Numbered from the stretch's first letter, positions 1 to 10,452 are shown. The stretch is DNA of 64,000 nucleotides from Bdellovibrionales bacterium (GCA_050246815.1 JBFWVI010000002.1:1-64000), one strand, 5' to 3'. A program made the numbers and translations. The notes: a model not told the origin generated them from the sequence alone.

Positions 1-1239
1 TTTCAGGCCAAGGCTGCTCCGATTACCTTGGAGCAGGCGTTTCAATCCGCACTGCAAAAAAACGAAACCGCTCAGCAAAGTCGCGAGCAAGTGTTACAAG
101 CCCACGAGCAAATTGTGCAGGCCAAAAGCACGATTTATCCTCAACTTGCTTTTAACATGGATTATTTAATTCAGCCGCTGCCATCGGATCCGGTGGCCAG
201 GTCGTTTTCGCCCGAGCGGCAGACCACATCACGGCTGACGTTGAAGCAACCTCTGTTTCGAGGTTTTCGTGAGTTCGCAGCTGTGCGCCAGCGCAAATCT
301 TTATTCGCAGCAAGTGAGCAGGGGCGGTTGGCCGTATTGCTGCAATTGTATCAACAAGTGGCGGGCAGCTACTTGAATATCTTGGCGCTTGAACAAGATC
401 TGAAAAACCTCAAAGAGCAGCTGATTATCTATGAACAGCGGGTCAAAGAATTGCGGGCGCGCACCCGTCGCGGAGAATCAAGCGCTAATGAAGTTTTGAC
501 CGCTCAATCCACCAACGCCTCGCTTGAAGCTGAAGATCGTATGGTTCAGGCGGAACTTAAAAAAGAGCGAGAGAATTTCGAGCTCCTGACCACATTGCCG
601 CAAGACGTGGTTTTAGCCGATGAGTGGGCAAACGGCAAAGAGGAAGCTCCCAAGATTGGCAAGCTGGAAGAATATTTGGCCCGTATCGAAGAGCGTCCGG
701 ATGTGAAAAGCGCTCGGGAAAAAATGAGGGCTTTTGCCGAAGAGGTTTCGGTCGCGAAAGGGGGACATTGGCCCTCGCTGGATGCCGAAGGGAACTACTA
801 TCTTCAGCGCCCCGGCTTTTTGAGTGACCTGGATTGGGACGTGCGTTTCACACTGACATTTCCTTTGTTCGAAGGTGGACTTCGGTTTTCGCAAACGCGT
901 GAGGCCGTATCAAAGCGCACCACTGGTGAGCTTGAGTTGGCCAAGGCGCGGCGCCAGGCCATGGCGGATATCCGCTCGCTGCACGAGGGTTTAAAGATGC
1001 GAACCGATCAATTGGCCGCGCTAAAGCGTTCGACGGAGATTTCAGAGAAAAACTATCAAGTGCTGCAACGCGATTATCGTCGGGGGTTAGTGAAAAATAT
1101 CGACGTGCAAACCGGCTTGACGGAATACCGGGCCGCACGTCGCGGTTATGACCAAGCCCGCTACCTGGCTCAACTGGAGCTGATCCAACTGAAAGCCGCC
1201 GCCGCGATTTTGCCGCTGGCGCTGACCAAGGAATTGTAA
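1..1239 (+). CDS. TolC-family outer membrane efflux protein (5' truncated by window edge)
   Basis: Frame is open from base 1 (FQAKAAPITLEQA...). Two OEP-type repeats (YPQLAF...LKQPLF; WPSLDA...LTFPLFEGG). Directly upstream of an RND permease. Confidence 0.9.
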   Translation, partial: FQAKAAPITLEQAFQSALQKNETAQQSREQVLQAHEQIVQAKSTIYPQLAFNMDYLIQPLPSDPVARSFSPERQTTSRLTLKQPLFRGFREFAAVRQRKSLFAASEQGRLAVLLQLYQQVAGSYLNILALEQDLKNLKEQLIIYEQRVKELRARTRRGESSANEVLTAQSTNASLEAEDRMVQAELKKERENFELLTTLPQDVVLADEWANGKEEAPKIGKLEEYLARIEERPDVKSAREKMRAFAEEVSVAKGGHWPSLDAEGNYYLQRPGFLSDLDWDVRFTLTFPLFEGGLRFSQTREAVSKRTTGELELAKARRQAMADIRSLHEGLKMRTDQLAALKRSTEISEKNYQVLQRDYRRGLVKNIDVQTGLTEYRAARRGYDQARYLAQLELIQLKAAAAILPLALTKEL

Positions 1240-1240
1240 A

Positions 1241-4200
1241 ATGACTTTATCTGATCTGTCGATTCGTCGACCTGTCTTTGCTTGGATGCTGATGTTCGGC
1301 CTGATTGTGTTTGGTGCGATCAGCTTTATGCGCATGGGTGTCAGCGAAATGCCCGACGTGGAATTTCCGATTATCGCTTTGACCGCGCGCTATGAGGGCG
1401 CGGCGCCACAGGTGATCGAAGCCGATGTGGTGGATCCGCTTGAAGATGCCCTAGTCAGTATTCAGGGTGTGCGAAACGTCATGTCCAAATCCAGGGTCGG
1501 CGTGGCTGAAGTTACCGTCGAGTTTGATCTGAACCGCAACATCGATGCCGCCTTCCAAGACGTGCAGGCGAAGATCTCACAAATCCAAGACATGCTGCCG
1601 ACGGGAATGGAACCCATTTCGATCATGAAGATCGCCATCGCCGAATTTCCGATCATGTGGATTTCGGTCACCAGTACTAAGATGGCACTGACTGATCTGA
1701 TGATCTATGTGAAGAATGAAATCCGTGATCATCTGACCACGGTTCCCGGGGTGGGGAATCTTTGGATGCCCGGCTATCTGGAGCCCAATCTGCGCGTGTG
1801 GGTGAACAACGACTCCCTCAAGCGCTACGCCCTCTCTGTGTCGGACGTGGTCAATACGATTCGCAACGAGCATCGTGAGCCGCCTTCGGGCCGTGCCGAG
1901 TTCAACAAAAAAGAATACAGTCTGCGTACCATGGGAGAAGAAAAATCCACGGACGGCTTTTCAAACATCCTGATCAACTCGCGCGGCGGCGGGCCAAACT
2001 ACAATCCTGTGCCGCTGAGCCAAGTGGCACGCGTTGAATTGGGCACGGTGGATGTGCTGCAATTTGCACGCACCAATGGCGCGCCAGCGGTGGGCTTGGG
2101 CGTGGTCAAACAGCGCGGGGCCAACGCCATTGCCGTAGCGAAAGGAGTGAAAGAAAAAATCGCTCAGGTCCAAAAAGGCTTGCCCGAGGGCACGCAGATT
2201 GTCGTCAATTTTGACGGTACAAAATTCGTCGAAGAATCTGTGGCCGAGTTGTTGTTGACCCTGCTTTTGGCCGCCCTGTTGACCTCTTTGGTCTGCTGGC
2301 TGTTCATGGGTTCGTGGTCTTCGACCTTCAACGTGCTGCTGGCCATTCCAACCTCGGTACTGGGTAGCTTTATCATTCTTTATTTTGCCGGATTCACGTT
2401 GAATATCTTCACGTTGCTGGGCTTGAGCTTGGCGATCGGTATTGTGGTGGATGATGCCATCATGGTTCTAGAAAATATTATTCGCCACCGCGAGATGGGA
2501 AAAAAGCGGGTTCAAGCCGCCATCGAAGGCGCGCGCGAAATCACCTTTGCCGCCATGGCGGCATCGGTGGCGTTGATGGCAATCTTTTTGCCGATCGCCT
2601 TTATGGAAGGTATTATCGGCCGCTTCCTGTTTCAGTTCGGCGTGACCCTAAGCGCGGCGGTGATGATTTCGCTGCTTGAGGCCTTAACCTTAACACCGAT
2701 GCGCGCCGCGCAGTTCAGGGGCCACATCGAGCGCACTTCGCGTTTTGGCCATTGGTTTGAAGCACGTTTTGCGGCCTTTAAAGGTTTTTATGCGAACACT
2801 TTGATGAAAGCTTTAACCCATCGTTGGAAAGTGATTTTGGGTTCGCTGCTGTTTTTTGTTTTGAGTTTTGGCTCAGTGGCCTTTTTAAAAGGTGAATTTC
2901 AGCCAGCCCAAGACCAGAGCATGTTGATGATACAAATGACCAACCCACCCGGTTCTGCCGTCAGTCTGACTGACGAACGAGCCAAGGTGGTTGAGAAGTA
3001 TTTGTCTGAGCGATCCGAAGTGAACTCCTACTTTGTCGCGGCGGGTGGTTTCACGGGCGGTGAAACCAACGCCGCCATTATTTTCATCGAGATGAAAAAG
3101 AAAAGCGAACGGGGCCGTGATCCGGCCAGCGGTAAAATTCTGAGCCAACAAGAATTTATCCAAGTGGTTCGCGAGTTCTTGAACAAAAATCTTCCCGAAT
3201 CCAAACCGCAGGTGCAAGACCCTTCGACCCAGGGTTTCGGCGGAAGTGGCAATGGTTATCCTGTTGAATTCACCATTCAAGGGCCCGAGTGGGAAGAGCT
3301 GAGCAAATATGCCGAAAAAATCATGGATGAGCTTAAAAAACAAAAGATCATGACCGATGTGAACTCTGATCTTTTGACCGGCGCCCCTGAAGTTCACATT
3401 GTGCCCAATCGTCGTCGAGCGTCGGACCGCGGCGTGGTCGTGACCTCGATTGGTGAAGTGGTGAACGCCACGATGGGCGGAACAGTGGCGGGCTCTTATG
3501 AAAAAGAGGGCCACCGATATGACATTCGCGTGAAACTTGAAGAAGACAGCCGCTCGCCCCTAGACAGGGTCAAAGAACTTTTTGTGCGCAACAACCGCGG
3601 TGAGCTGGTGCAACTGGCCAGCGTGGTCGATGTGAAAGAGGCCACCGTAGCCTCGTCGATCTCGCGCAAAAATCGCGAACGCGCGATCACCATCTTCGGC
3701 AATGTGGGTGAAGGTTTAAGCCAACAAGAAAGCTTGAATAAAGCCGAGGCTTTGGTCAAAGAAATTTTGCCCGAAGGTTATGTGTTCCGTCTGAGCGGCT
3801 CCGCAGAAGAGTTCATGAAAAGTTTCATCGGTCTGTTGATCGCCTTGGTGCTGGGCTTTTTGGTGGCTTACATGGTGCTGGCTTCACAATTCAACAGTTT
3901 CATTGATCCATTCACGGTGTTTGTGGCCATGCCCTTCAGCTTTTCGGGTGCATTTTTAGGATTATTGATCGGCGGTCAGACAATGAATTTGTTCAGCATG
4001 ATCGGCTTGATTCTGCTGATGGGTATCGTGAAGAAAAACTCGATTCTGCTTGTGGATTTCACCAACCAGGTGCGTGATCGCGACCGGAGGTCGGTGCGTG
4101 ATGCATTGATTGAAGCTTGCCCCAACCGTTTACGCCCGATCGTGATGACTTCTATCGCAACTATCGCCGGAGCGTTTCCCGCCGCGCTCAGTTTTGGCCC

Positions 4201-4339
4201 CGGTGCGGAAGCGCGCCAACCCATGGCTATTGCTGTGATCGGCGGAGTGATGGTTTCAACATTGCTAACGCTTTATGTGGTGCCCTGTGTGTACATTGTA
4301 CTTTCACGCTTTAGCCGACGCGATCGAGTGGAAGATTAG
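1241..4339 (+). CDS. RND efflux transporter permease, AcrB/AcrD/AcrF family
   Basis: 1032 aa; N-terminal SIRRPVFA, TM4 GIVVDDAIMVLEN, TM10 GIVKKNSILLVDF, RLRPIVMTS; proton-relay residues intact. Confidence 0.95.
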   Translation: MTLSDLSIRRPVFAWMLMFGLIVFGAISFMRMGVSEMPDVEFPIIALTARYEGAAPQVIEADVVDPLEDALVSIQGVRNVMSKSRVGVAEVTVEFDLNRNIDAAFQDVQAKISQIQDMLPTGMEPISIMKIAIAEFPIMWISVTSTKMALTDLMIYVKNEIRDHLTTVPGVGNLWMPGYLEPNLRVWVNNDSLKRYALSVSDVVNTIRNEHREPPSGRAEFNKKEYSLRTMGEEKSTDGFSNILINSRGGGPNYNPVPLSQVARVELGTVDVLQFARTNGAPAVGLGVVKQRGANAIAVAKGVKEKIAQVQKGLPEGTQIVVNFDGTKFVEESVAELLLTLLLAALLTSLVCWLFMGSWSSTFNVLLAIPTSVLGSFIILYFAGFTLNIFTLLGLSLAIGIVVDDAIMVLENIIRHREMGKKRVQAAIEGAREITFAAMAASVALMAIFLPIAFMEGIIGRFLFQFGVTLSAAVMISLLEALTLTPMRAAQFRGHIERTSRFGHWFEARFAAFKGFYANTLMKALTHRWKVILGSLLFFVLSFGSVAFLKGEFQPAQDQSMLMIQMTNPPGSAVSLTDERAKVVEKYLSERSEVNSYFVAAGGFTGGETNAAIIFIEMKKKSERGRDPASGKILSQQEFIQVVREFLNKNLPESKPQVQDPSTQGFGGSGNGYPVEFTIQGPEWEELSKYAEKIMDELKKQKIMTDVNSDLLTGAPEVHIVPNRRRASDRGVVVTSIGEVVNATMGGTVAGSYEKEGHRYDIRVKLEEDSRSPLDRVKELFVRNNRGELVQLASVVDVKEATVASSISRKNRERAITIFGNVGEGLSQQESLNKAEALVKEILPEGYVFRLSGSAEEFMKSFIGLLIALVLGFLVAYMVLASQFNSFIDPFTVFVAMPFSFSGAFLGLLIGGQTMNLFSMIGLILLMGIVKKNSILLVDFTNQVRDRDRRSVRDALIEACPNRLRPIVMTSIATIAGAFPAALSFGPGAEARQPMAIAVIGGVMVSTLLTLYVVPCVYIVLSRFSRRDRVED

Positions 4340-5214
4340 GGCTCTTGCGGCAAGGGAATAAATTCATCTTGATCGCTCGGGATGGGCAAAAAGCGCGAGC
4401 TGCCCAAGCTGGGTCCGTTTTGCCAAAGTTTTTTTGCTTCTTCGATGCGCTCCTTAGAGCTTGAAACAAAATTCCAATAAATTTGGCGGGGCCCAACGGG
4501 CGCACCTCCAAGCAGCATCACATGAGAATCTTCCAGTGCTTTGATCTCGAAGTCCTGGCCATTTTCATGAACCAGCATCGACAGCGGTTCGACGTGAAGA
4601 CCGGCCGTGTTTTGAATGCGACCTTGAACCACATAGGCTGCCGCTTGAAGATTGTTTACCGGCAGCTGCAGAGCTGTTCCCCTGGGCATATTCGCTTCCA
4701 GATAAAACAACTCCGACAAAATTGGCACCGGGCTTTGTTGAGCAAATGCGCGTCCCAAAAGAAGTTTCAACTGCACCTCGCCGATTCTAAATTCAGGCAG
4801 GGTGCTTTTGGGGTGGTGAGAAAAGCTGGGGCTGCGTTCTTCTTCGCTCTGTGGCAAAGCCACCCAAAGTTGAATGCCATTCATGCGATGGGCTTTGTTC
4901 AGCAGGTCCTTTGGAGTTCTTTCGGAGTGCACAATGCCGCGACCTGCGGTCATCCAGTTCACTGCGCCAGGTTCGATCATTTGGTTGGACCCCAGGCTGT
5001 CGCGGTGCTGGATTTTGCCCTCGAAAAGGTAGGTCACCGTGGCCAGGTTAATATGGGGATGAGGGCGAACATTCATGCCTTTGCCGGGCGGAATCTCAGC
5101 CGGTCCCATATGATCAAAAAAGATAAATGGCCCGACCATACGGTGTTTGGCGTGGGGCAATACCCGATGAACAAAAAAGCCCCCCAGGTCTTTGGTGCGT
5201 GCGGGAATAATCAT
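4336..5214 (-). CDS. Pirin family protein
   Basis: GPFIFFDHMGP, PHPHINLATVTYLFEG, HRDSLG, WMTAGRGIVHSE motifs. Start moved to M67 of the track ORF. Confidence 0.93.
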   Translation of the reverse strand: MIIPARTKDLGGFFVHRVLPHAKHRMVGPFIFFDHMGPAEIPPGKGMNVRPHPHINLATVTYLFEGKIQHRDSLGSNQMIEPGAVNWMTAGRGIVHSERTPKDLLNKAHRMNGIQLWVALPQSEEERSPSFSHHPKSTLPEFRIGEVQLKLLLGRAFAQQSPVPILSELFYLEANMPRGTALQLPVNNLQAAAYVVQGRIQNTAGLHVEPLSMLVHENGQDFEIKALEDSHVMLLGGAPVGPRQIYWNFVSSSKERIEEAKKLWQNGPSLGSSRFLPIPSDQDEFIPLPQEP

Positions 5215-5335
5215 GGCAGCGAAGATAGCGGATTTGAGGGGATAAAGCCAATCGCGGTGTGTCCATAGAGTGGCCAAGGATGAAGAATTGCCAGCCGGGG
5301 TCGGCTCAAGGGGTAAAATGTGGTATGTGTTTGCC

Positions 5336-5851
5336 ATGGAAACGACCTGTACAGTCTGCCAAAAACCCAAAGCAAACCTGACCTGTGGTCTGTGCCAGGA
5401 GTTGATTTGCAAGGCCTGTGCGCAGTTTGTGGACGAGGATTATTTTGAGTTTTTATCCGAGGCGCCAACGCGTTTTGTGCAGCTGACTTGTTGCGGTCCT
5501 TGTTTTGACATCCAGGTGGCACCCGAGCTGGATCGTTACAATCAAACTCTGGAACTGGCCAAGAACGTCTTTGTTTTCAATAAGGATCAAAGCAAAGAAA
5601 CACGCCTGATCAAGCGCAAGCTGAATCCGGTGCGCGTCGTGGATTGCCCGGATCATGATGAAGCAATTTTACGATTGGCATTTCAAGCCGTCAAAGTGCA
5701 GTGCAACGCCATGGTGGATGTTTTGGTGACTCCCAAAAAAGTGAAAAGCGGCTCTTATCAAACCACTCTATGGTCCGCCCAGGCTATTCCAGTTCGTATC
5801 GATGCCGACCGCTATGAAAGCGATCGGCCGACTTTAAAAAATCCCAATTGA
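5336..5851 (+). CDS. Cys-rich zinc-finger protein with YbjQ/UPF0145-like C-terminal domain
   Basis: CTVC, CGLC, CKAC, CCGPC clusters, then LAFQAVKVQCNAMVDV resembling heavy-metal-binding/YbjQ domains. Start moved to M23. Confidence 0.65.
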   Translation: METTCTVCQKPKANLTCGLCQELICKACAQFVDEDYFEFLSEAPTRFVQLTCCGPCFDIQVAPELDRYNQTLELAKNVFVFNKDQSKETRLIKRKLNPVRVVDCPDHDEAILRLAFQAVKVQCNAMVDVLVTPKKVKSGSYQTTLWSAQAIPVRIDADRYESDRPTLKNPN

Positions 5852-6619
5852 TTACGGAATGACTTGCTTAAGGGCTGACACCAGCGCCTTGGGCTGTGAC
5901 AACATGGGCAAGTGCCCCGAATTGACCGAAGCTGTTTTAGTCATGGGTGTGCGTGAAGTGAACTTGATCTGCGTTTCCATCGTCACGATACGGTCTTTTT
6001 CCGTATACACGTAGGCCTTGGGAATCTTGTCAAAAACGACTTCATCGTATTTCAAAGGAGCTTTACCGGCCGAGTAAGATTCTGAGTGCAAGGTTAAGGT
6101 GGGCGCCTTTTTCATGTCGATACCTTGATCCATACCGGGCAAAAAAGTTTCAGCCGGTTTGGGGTAAATGCGGTCTTTTTTGAATTCTGCGATTTCATTG
6201 TAGGTCTTCTGGTCGGACTTATTGACGGCGTCGAAAGGTTTTTCACCCTTGAGCGGAACCAGGCCAGTCACATAGACGATCTGCCGGATTTTTTCAGGGC
6301 AGACCCCAACCATGGCATTGGCCACCACGCCGCCAAAGCTGTGCGCGACCACGATCGTCGGATTGTTCGTTTTGCCGCACACATCGGTGGCCATGTTTTT
6401 AAGCGAAACATGCTGCTGCTCTTGTCGGCCGGGCAAGGTGATGGCCGTGGTATGATAGAGTTTTGAGAGCTCGGGTATGACCTTTTGCCAGGCCGATTCG
6501 TCAAAGTGCGAGCCATGGATCAGGAGGACGCTTTTTTGGTTGGCCGCGCCGGACGGTCGGGGCGCGGGTTTGTGGGCGCAAGCAGTCACCAATAAACAAA
6601 ATAATACTAAATGACGCAT
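5852..6619 (-). CDS. Alpha/beta-hydrolase lipoprotein (methylesterase-like)
   Basis: Lipobox VTAC; LIHG, AHSFGG nucleophile elbow, D (EKDRIV) and H (SGHLPM) triad. Confidence 0.88.
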   Translation of the reverse strand: MRHLVLFCLLVTACAHKPAPRPSGAANQKSVLLIHGSHFDESAWQKVIPELSKLYHTTAITLPGRQEQQHVSLKNMATDVCGKTNNPTIVVAHSFGGVVANAMVGVCPEKIRQIVYVTGLVPLKGEKPFDAVNKSDQKTYNEIAEFKKDRIYPKPAETFLPGMDQGIDMKKAPTLTLHSESYSAGKAPLKYDEVVFDKIPKAYVYTEKDRIVTMETQIKFTSRTPMTKTASVNSGHLPMLSQPKALVSALKQVIP

Positions 6620-6682
6620 AAATCCCCCTATTCACGACAGTATTTGCATACATTCTTATTCGAGACAAGCGGCTTCGCTCCG

Positions 6683-7321
6683 TTACTTTTTGGCTTTGCC
6701 GCTTGGTGGGATAGAGCTTTCTTGGACCAGGTATTTGACGGCCAACATCAGGCCATATTGATCACCATCCTCGTGGTCTTTGGCGGTCACCGAAAGCGCG
6801 TAGCGTCCATCCAACAAGAAGGCGAATTTGCTTTTGCGCCAGAATTCCCATTGAAATGAAAAGTCGAAGCCATACTCGGTCACATCTTGTGCGGAAGTGT
6901 CGATGCTGCGGGGCGGATTGAATTGGCTATGAACAACCTTCGTGTCGCCGATCGAATAAGCGGAAAAAAGCCCCGCCGCCAGCGAAAGATCGGTGGTGAG
7001 CCAATAGCGGTAACCCGTTGAGATGTGGATGCGCTTCACTTCCTCAAGAAGGTAAAGATCATTGAATTCGCGCTTATAAAGATTGCGCATATAGAAAATC
7101 GCCACTTCAAGGCTTCCGTGCTGATTGATATCGCCCTGGCCCAGCAGCCCGAAACCATCCAGAACGGGGGATTCTCCGTACCCACGAATCGAGCTGAAGT
7201 TTGTTCGATAAAAATAGGGGCCCGTGGCGATATGAATGACGCCCTGTTTGGCCTGGTGTGCGGAGCTTTGTTGAGCCAGCAGCAGCAGCAGCGATAAAAT
7301 AAAAGGCTTCACTCGGGTCAT
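6683..7321 (-). CDS. Putative outer-membrane beta-barrel protein
   Basis: Signal peptide (ILSLLLLLAQQSSA); amphipathic strands rich in aromatics (STGYRYW, GFDFSFQWEF, LAVKY). Start moved to M22. Confidence 0.6.
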   Translation of the reverse strand: MTRVKPFILSLLLLLAQQSSAHQAKQGVIHIATGPYFYRTNFSSIRGYGESPVLDGFGLLGQGDINQHGSLEVAIFYMRNLYKREFNDLYLLEEVKRIHISTGYRYWLTTDLSLAAGLFSAYSIGDTKVVHSQFNPPRSIDTSAQDVTEYGFDFSFQWEFWRKSKFAFLLDGRYALSVTAKDHEDGDQYGLMLAVKYLVQESSIPPSGKAKK

Positions 7322-7362
7322 GTCGCGAGGGTAAATTCGGTGGTGGAGGAAGTCCAACAGAA

Positions 7363-8295
7363 ATGTTTCAAGTTCATCTTTCATTTATAGCCGTTGGTAT
7401 TTTTTTATCAGGGCTGCTGATTATGACGCCGCCTGCCCGAGCCCAGCTGAGCGCTTTTGAAAAGGAATTAATTCAAAGCAATATCGATCTTTCTGAGGGC
7501 CTGGACAGTTTTGCGGAAGGTCTGGATATTTTTTTAACCGGACGCAAGGTCACCAAAGCCCAGAACAAAACCAATGTGGTGATCAGCAACTCGACTTATC
7601 ATTCGGAAGGGCAGTCGGTCAAAAATTCGACCCATTTGGATGTCAACTTGCGCCTGCCCAACCTTGAAGAGTATTGGCAGCTTCGTTTTACGAGTTACGA
7701 CGAAAACGAAGAAGATCGCGGTGTTGAGAAAACCTATTTTCGCCGTAGTCCGCGCGCTGAAAACTATGGTGCAAGCTTGGGCCTGTTTAAAAAGTTCGGC
7801 AACATCCGAACTATATTTCGGCCGCGGGTGAAGCTGCAAGATCCTTTACAGATTTCCTATATACTTCGATTTGAAACCGATGCGGACCTTAAATCATACC
7901 GGATCAAACCGCGATTGGAGTTTTTCGCTCACCCTGACAAGGGCACCGGCGTCTTTACCGCGTTCAACATCGATTTACTTTTTAGTCCGGCCTATTCGCT
8001 GACCTTTTTGAATGAGGGTGAGTATCAAGATTTTCGAAATATCTTTTCGGCCAGTAACGGATTGTCTTTGGCGCAAATTTTGACACGAAAAACGGCGATG
8101 ATTTATTCTTTTGTTTTTCAGTCGAATAGTCGCCCGGATTACCACTTGCAAAGCTATGTTGCGTCTGTGGGCTGGAATCAGGTGGTTTATAAACGCGTAC
8201 TGGAGACTCGATTGGTGCCTTACCTTGATTTCTCGAAAGAGCGCTCTTTCAAGGGCAATGCGGGGATCTCATTTAACGTTGCGTTGATTTTCTAG
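7363..8295 (+). CDS. Putative outer-membrane beta-barrel protein
   Basis: Signal peptide ending ARA; alternating beta pattern; C-terminal Phe (ISFNVALIF). Confidence 0.6.
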   Translation: MFQVHLSFIAVGIFLSGLLIMTPPARAQLSAFEKELIQSNIDLSEGLDSFAEGLDIFLTGRKVTKAQNKTNVVISNSTYHSEGQSVKNSTHLDVNLRLPNLEEYWQLRFTSYDENEEDRGVEKTYFRRSPRAENYGASLGLFKKFGNIRTIFRPRVKLQDPLQISYILRFETDADLKSYRIKPRLEFFAHPDKGTGVFTAFNIDLLFSPAYSLTFLNEGEYQDFRNIFSASNGLSLAQILTRKTAMIYSFVFQSNSRPDYHLQSYVASVGWNQVVYKRVLETRLVPYLDFSKERSFKGNAGISFNVALIF

Positions 8296-8338
8296 TTTTT
8301 GAATTGGACATGGGCGGGCGAGGTGATAGCTTTAGGTC

Positions 8339-8788
8339 ATGCGAAGCCTTGAACAGTGGTTGGATGGTTATGCCAAAGATCATCAGGATCGACGAAATCA
8401 GCTGATTCACAAAGCCTGCGTGCCGGCCATCTTTTTTACTATTTTTGCCGCCGTCAAAGAAATTCCCATTTCAATGGGCTCTCTTTATTTGGGCGAAGTG
8501 ATCATTGTTTTGGTTTTGTTGTGGTATGCGTTTTTGAGTTGGAAGGCTTTTTTGGTGATGATGGCTCAGGTGGCGGCGATGTGGTGGATTTCTGATCAAT
8601 TGAAAGATTGGTCGGGCCCGTGGTACTTGGGCGTATTGGCGGCGCTTTTCATTTTGGCATGGATTGGTCAATTCTGGGGGCATCACCTGGAGGGGCGTCG
8701 ACCCTCCTTTTTCAATGATCTGCTTTTTTTACTGATCGGTCCGCTGTGGGTGTGGTTGGGCCACAGATCCAAAGAGATCAAACAATAA
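8339..8788 (+). CDS. Mpo1/DUF962-family membrane protein
   Basis: YAKDHQDRRNQLIHKACVP and WIGQFWGHHLEGRRPSF motifs. Confidence 0.9.
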   Translation: MRSLEQWLDGYAKDHQDRRNQLIHKACVPAIFFTIFAAVKEIPISMGSLYLGEVIIVLVLLWYAFLSWKAFLVMMAQVAAMWWISDQLKDWSGPWYLGVLAALFILAWIGQFWGHHLEGRRPSFFNDLLFLLIGPLWVWLGHRSKEIKQ

Positions 8789-9548
8789 GCTTTTTGCGCA
8801 CAAGTTTATAAGCCAATGCGCACAGAATAACGCTTTGTAAAACCAAAATACCGCCATTGTAGAGGAAAGCTTGCGCGATTTCTCGATTCCAAAACAGGGC
8901 CTGGGCCATGCGCACACCATGAATCAAAGGAAAAAATTCGGCCACAATGCGCAAAGGCCGGACCATGTTTTCAATCGGAAAAAAGATGCCCGATAAAAAA
9001 TAAAGCGGTGCGATGACAAACGAATACACCGACTGGAATTGATTGATGTTGCGAACCATAGCCGTCGCCAAAAGGCCCATTGCCCCGCAAGACAGGGCCA
9101 CCAAAAAACCCACCAGGGCGATGCCGGGCATTAGCCACACATCGCTCATCAGGTTGAACAGGGCCAACACCACAGCCACACCCACCGCCATAATAGCGCC
9201 TTTAAGGCCTACCCAAATCATCTCGCCCAAAACAACTTCGCCAACGCCAATGGGTGTGGTCAACATCGCCTTAAAGACGTTTTCAAATGTCATGCGCACA
9301 TAAAACCCGTAGCTGGTTTCAAAAAACGAAGTGAACAATGCCGTGGCCACTGTCAGTCCAGGCGCCAAAAACTGCATGTAAGTCATGCCGTCAATTTGGG
9401 TCACGAACGCGCCAAGGCCCAAACCCAAAGAAACCATGGTCAGCGCTGGGTCGGCAAGGGTCGGCGAGATGTTGGCCACAAAGTCTTTTTTGTAGACGAC
9501 CCAGTTGCGGTGAGTGATATGAAGGCAAAGCTGTAAAGATTCAAGCAT
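8778..9548 (-). CDS. ABC-2 transporter permease (NodJ-like)
   Basis: Six hydrophobic segments; YMQFLAPGL, FLSGIFFP; overlaps the ATPase gene. Confidence 0.9.
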   Translation of the reverse strand: MLESLQLCLHITHRNWVVYKKDFVANISPTLADPALTMVSLGLGLGAFVTQIDGMTYMQFLAPGLTVATALFTSFFETSYGFYVRMTFENVFKAMLTTPIGVGEVVLGEMIWVGLKGAIMAVGVAVVLALFNLMSDVWLMPGIALVGFLVALSCGAMGLLATAMVRNINQFQSVYSFVIAPLYFLSGIFFPIENMVRPLRIVAEFFPLIHGVRMAQALFWNREIAQAFLYNGGILVLQSVILCALAYKLVRKKLIV

Positions 9549-10452
9549 TGGCCGAGAGCTCCTGACCGGTGAGTTTCAAAAAAACGTCTTCCAGATTGGC
9601 GGGCCGAATCTGTAACGGCTTCAGGTTTTGTGTGCTATGAAAGGCCGCCAGTTCATCCATGGTGCGGGTGCGCAGGTACACCCCCGAGGAGTCTTCGTGC
9701 ACCAAGGCGCCATTTTGTCGAGCCGCCATCTGCTGCACTTGCGCTTTGTCTTCGAGGCGATAAATGCCAACGAAGCCGGGGGTGTGTTGCCCGATCATCT
9801 GACTGGGTGAGCCTTCGGCGACAATTTTACTTTGGTTCATGATCACCAGGCGATCGCACAGCACTTCGGCTTCATGCATATAATGAGTGGTCAGTACGAT
9901 GGTGGTGCCGGCTTGATGCAGTTCTTTGACTTTGCCCCAAAGCAGGTGGCGCACAGCGGGGTCAAGCCCCGTGGTGGGCTCGTCCAGGATCAGCAGCTCG
10001 GGTTTGCCCAAAAGTGCGCGCACAAAAACCAAGCGCCGCTTCATACCGCCCGAAAGGGCGCGAATGGGCGCGTGCTTTTTATGCTGCAGGTTCATGTATT
10101 CCAGCAGCTCGTCCACGCGTTTTTGTCGACTCGTACGCGGCAGTCCTAAAAATGCAGCGTACAACATCATATTTTCAAGAACCGTCAGACTCTCATCAAG
10201 AGCATTTTCTTGTGTCACCACCCCCAGGCGTTTTTTGATTTGACGGCTTTGCGCTGTGGGGTCCATGCCGAAAACTAACAATTCGCCTGAAGTTTTGATG
10301 GCTTGCCCATAGGTCATGTTGATGAAAGTCGATTTGCCGGCGCCGTTTGGGCCCAATAAGCCAAAACATTCGCCTTTTTTGACTTGCAGATCCAGATTGT
10401 CGACGGCTTTGAAAGAGCCGAAGGCTTTACAGAGGGCTTTAGCTTTGATCAT
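9541..10452 (-). CDS. ABC transporter ATP-binding protein (NodI/DrrA-like)
   Basis: GPNGAGKST, LSGGMKRRL, LDEPTTGLDP, TTHYM, NLEDVFLKLTG. Confidence 0.95.
   Translation of the reverse strand: MIKAKALCKAFGSFKAVDNLDLQVKKGECFGLLGPNGAGKSTFINMTYGQAIKTSGELLVFGMDPTAQSRQIKKRLGVVTQENALDESLTVLENMMLYAAFLGLPRTSRQKRVDELLEYMNLQHKKHAPIRALSGGMKRRLVFVRALLGKPELLILDEPTTGLDPAVRHLLWGKVKELHQAGTTIVLTTHYMHEAEVLCDRLVIMNQSKIVAEGSPSQMIGQHTPGFVGIYRLEDKAQVQQMAARQNGALVHEDSSGVYLRTRTMDELAAFHSTQNLKPLQIRPANLEDVFLKLTGQELSANA

Noticed and set aside
8778..10452. Nodulation (nodIJ) system
   Set aside because: Only generic ABC-2 exporter similarity; no nodABC genes, so the substrate is unknown.
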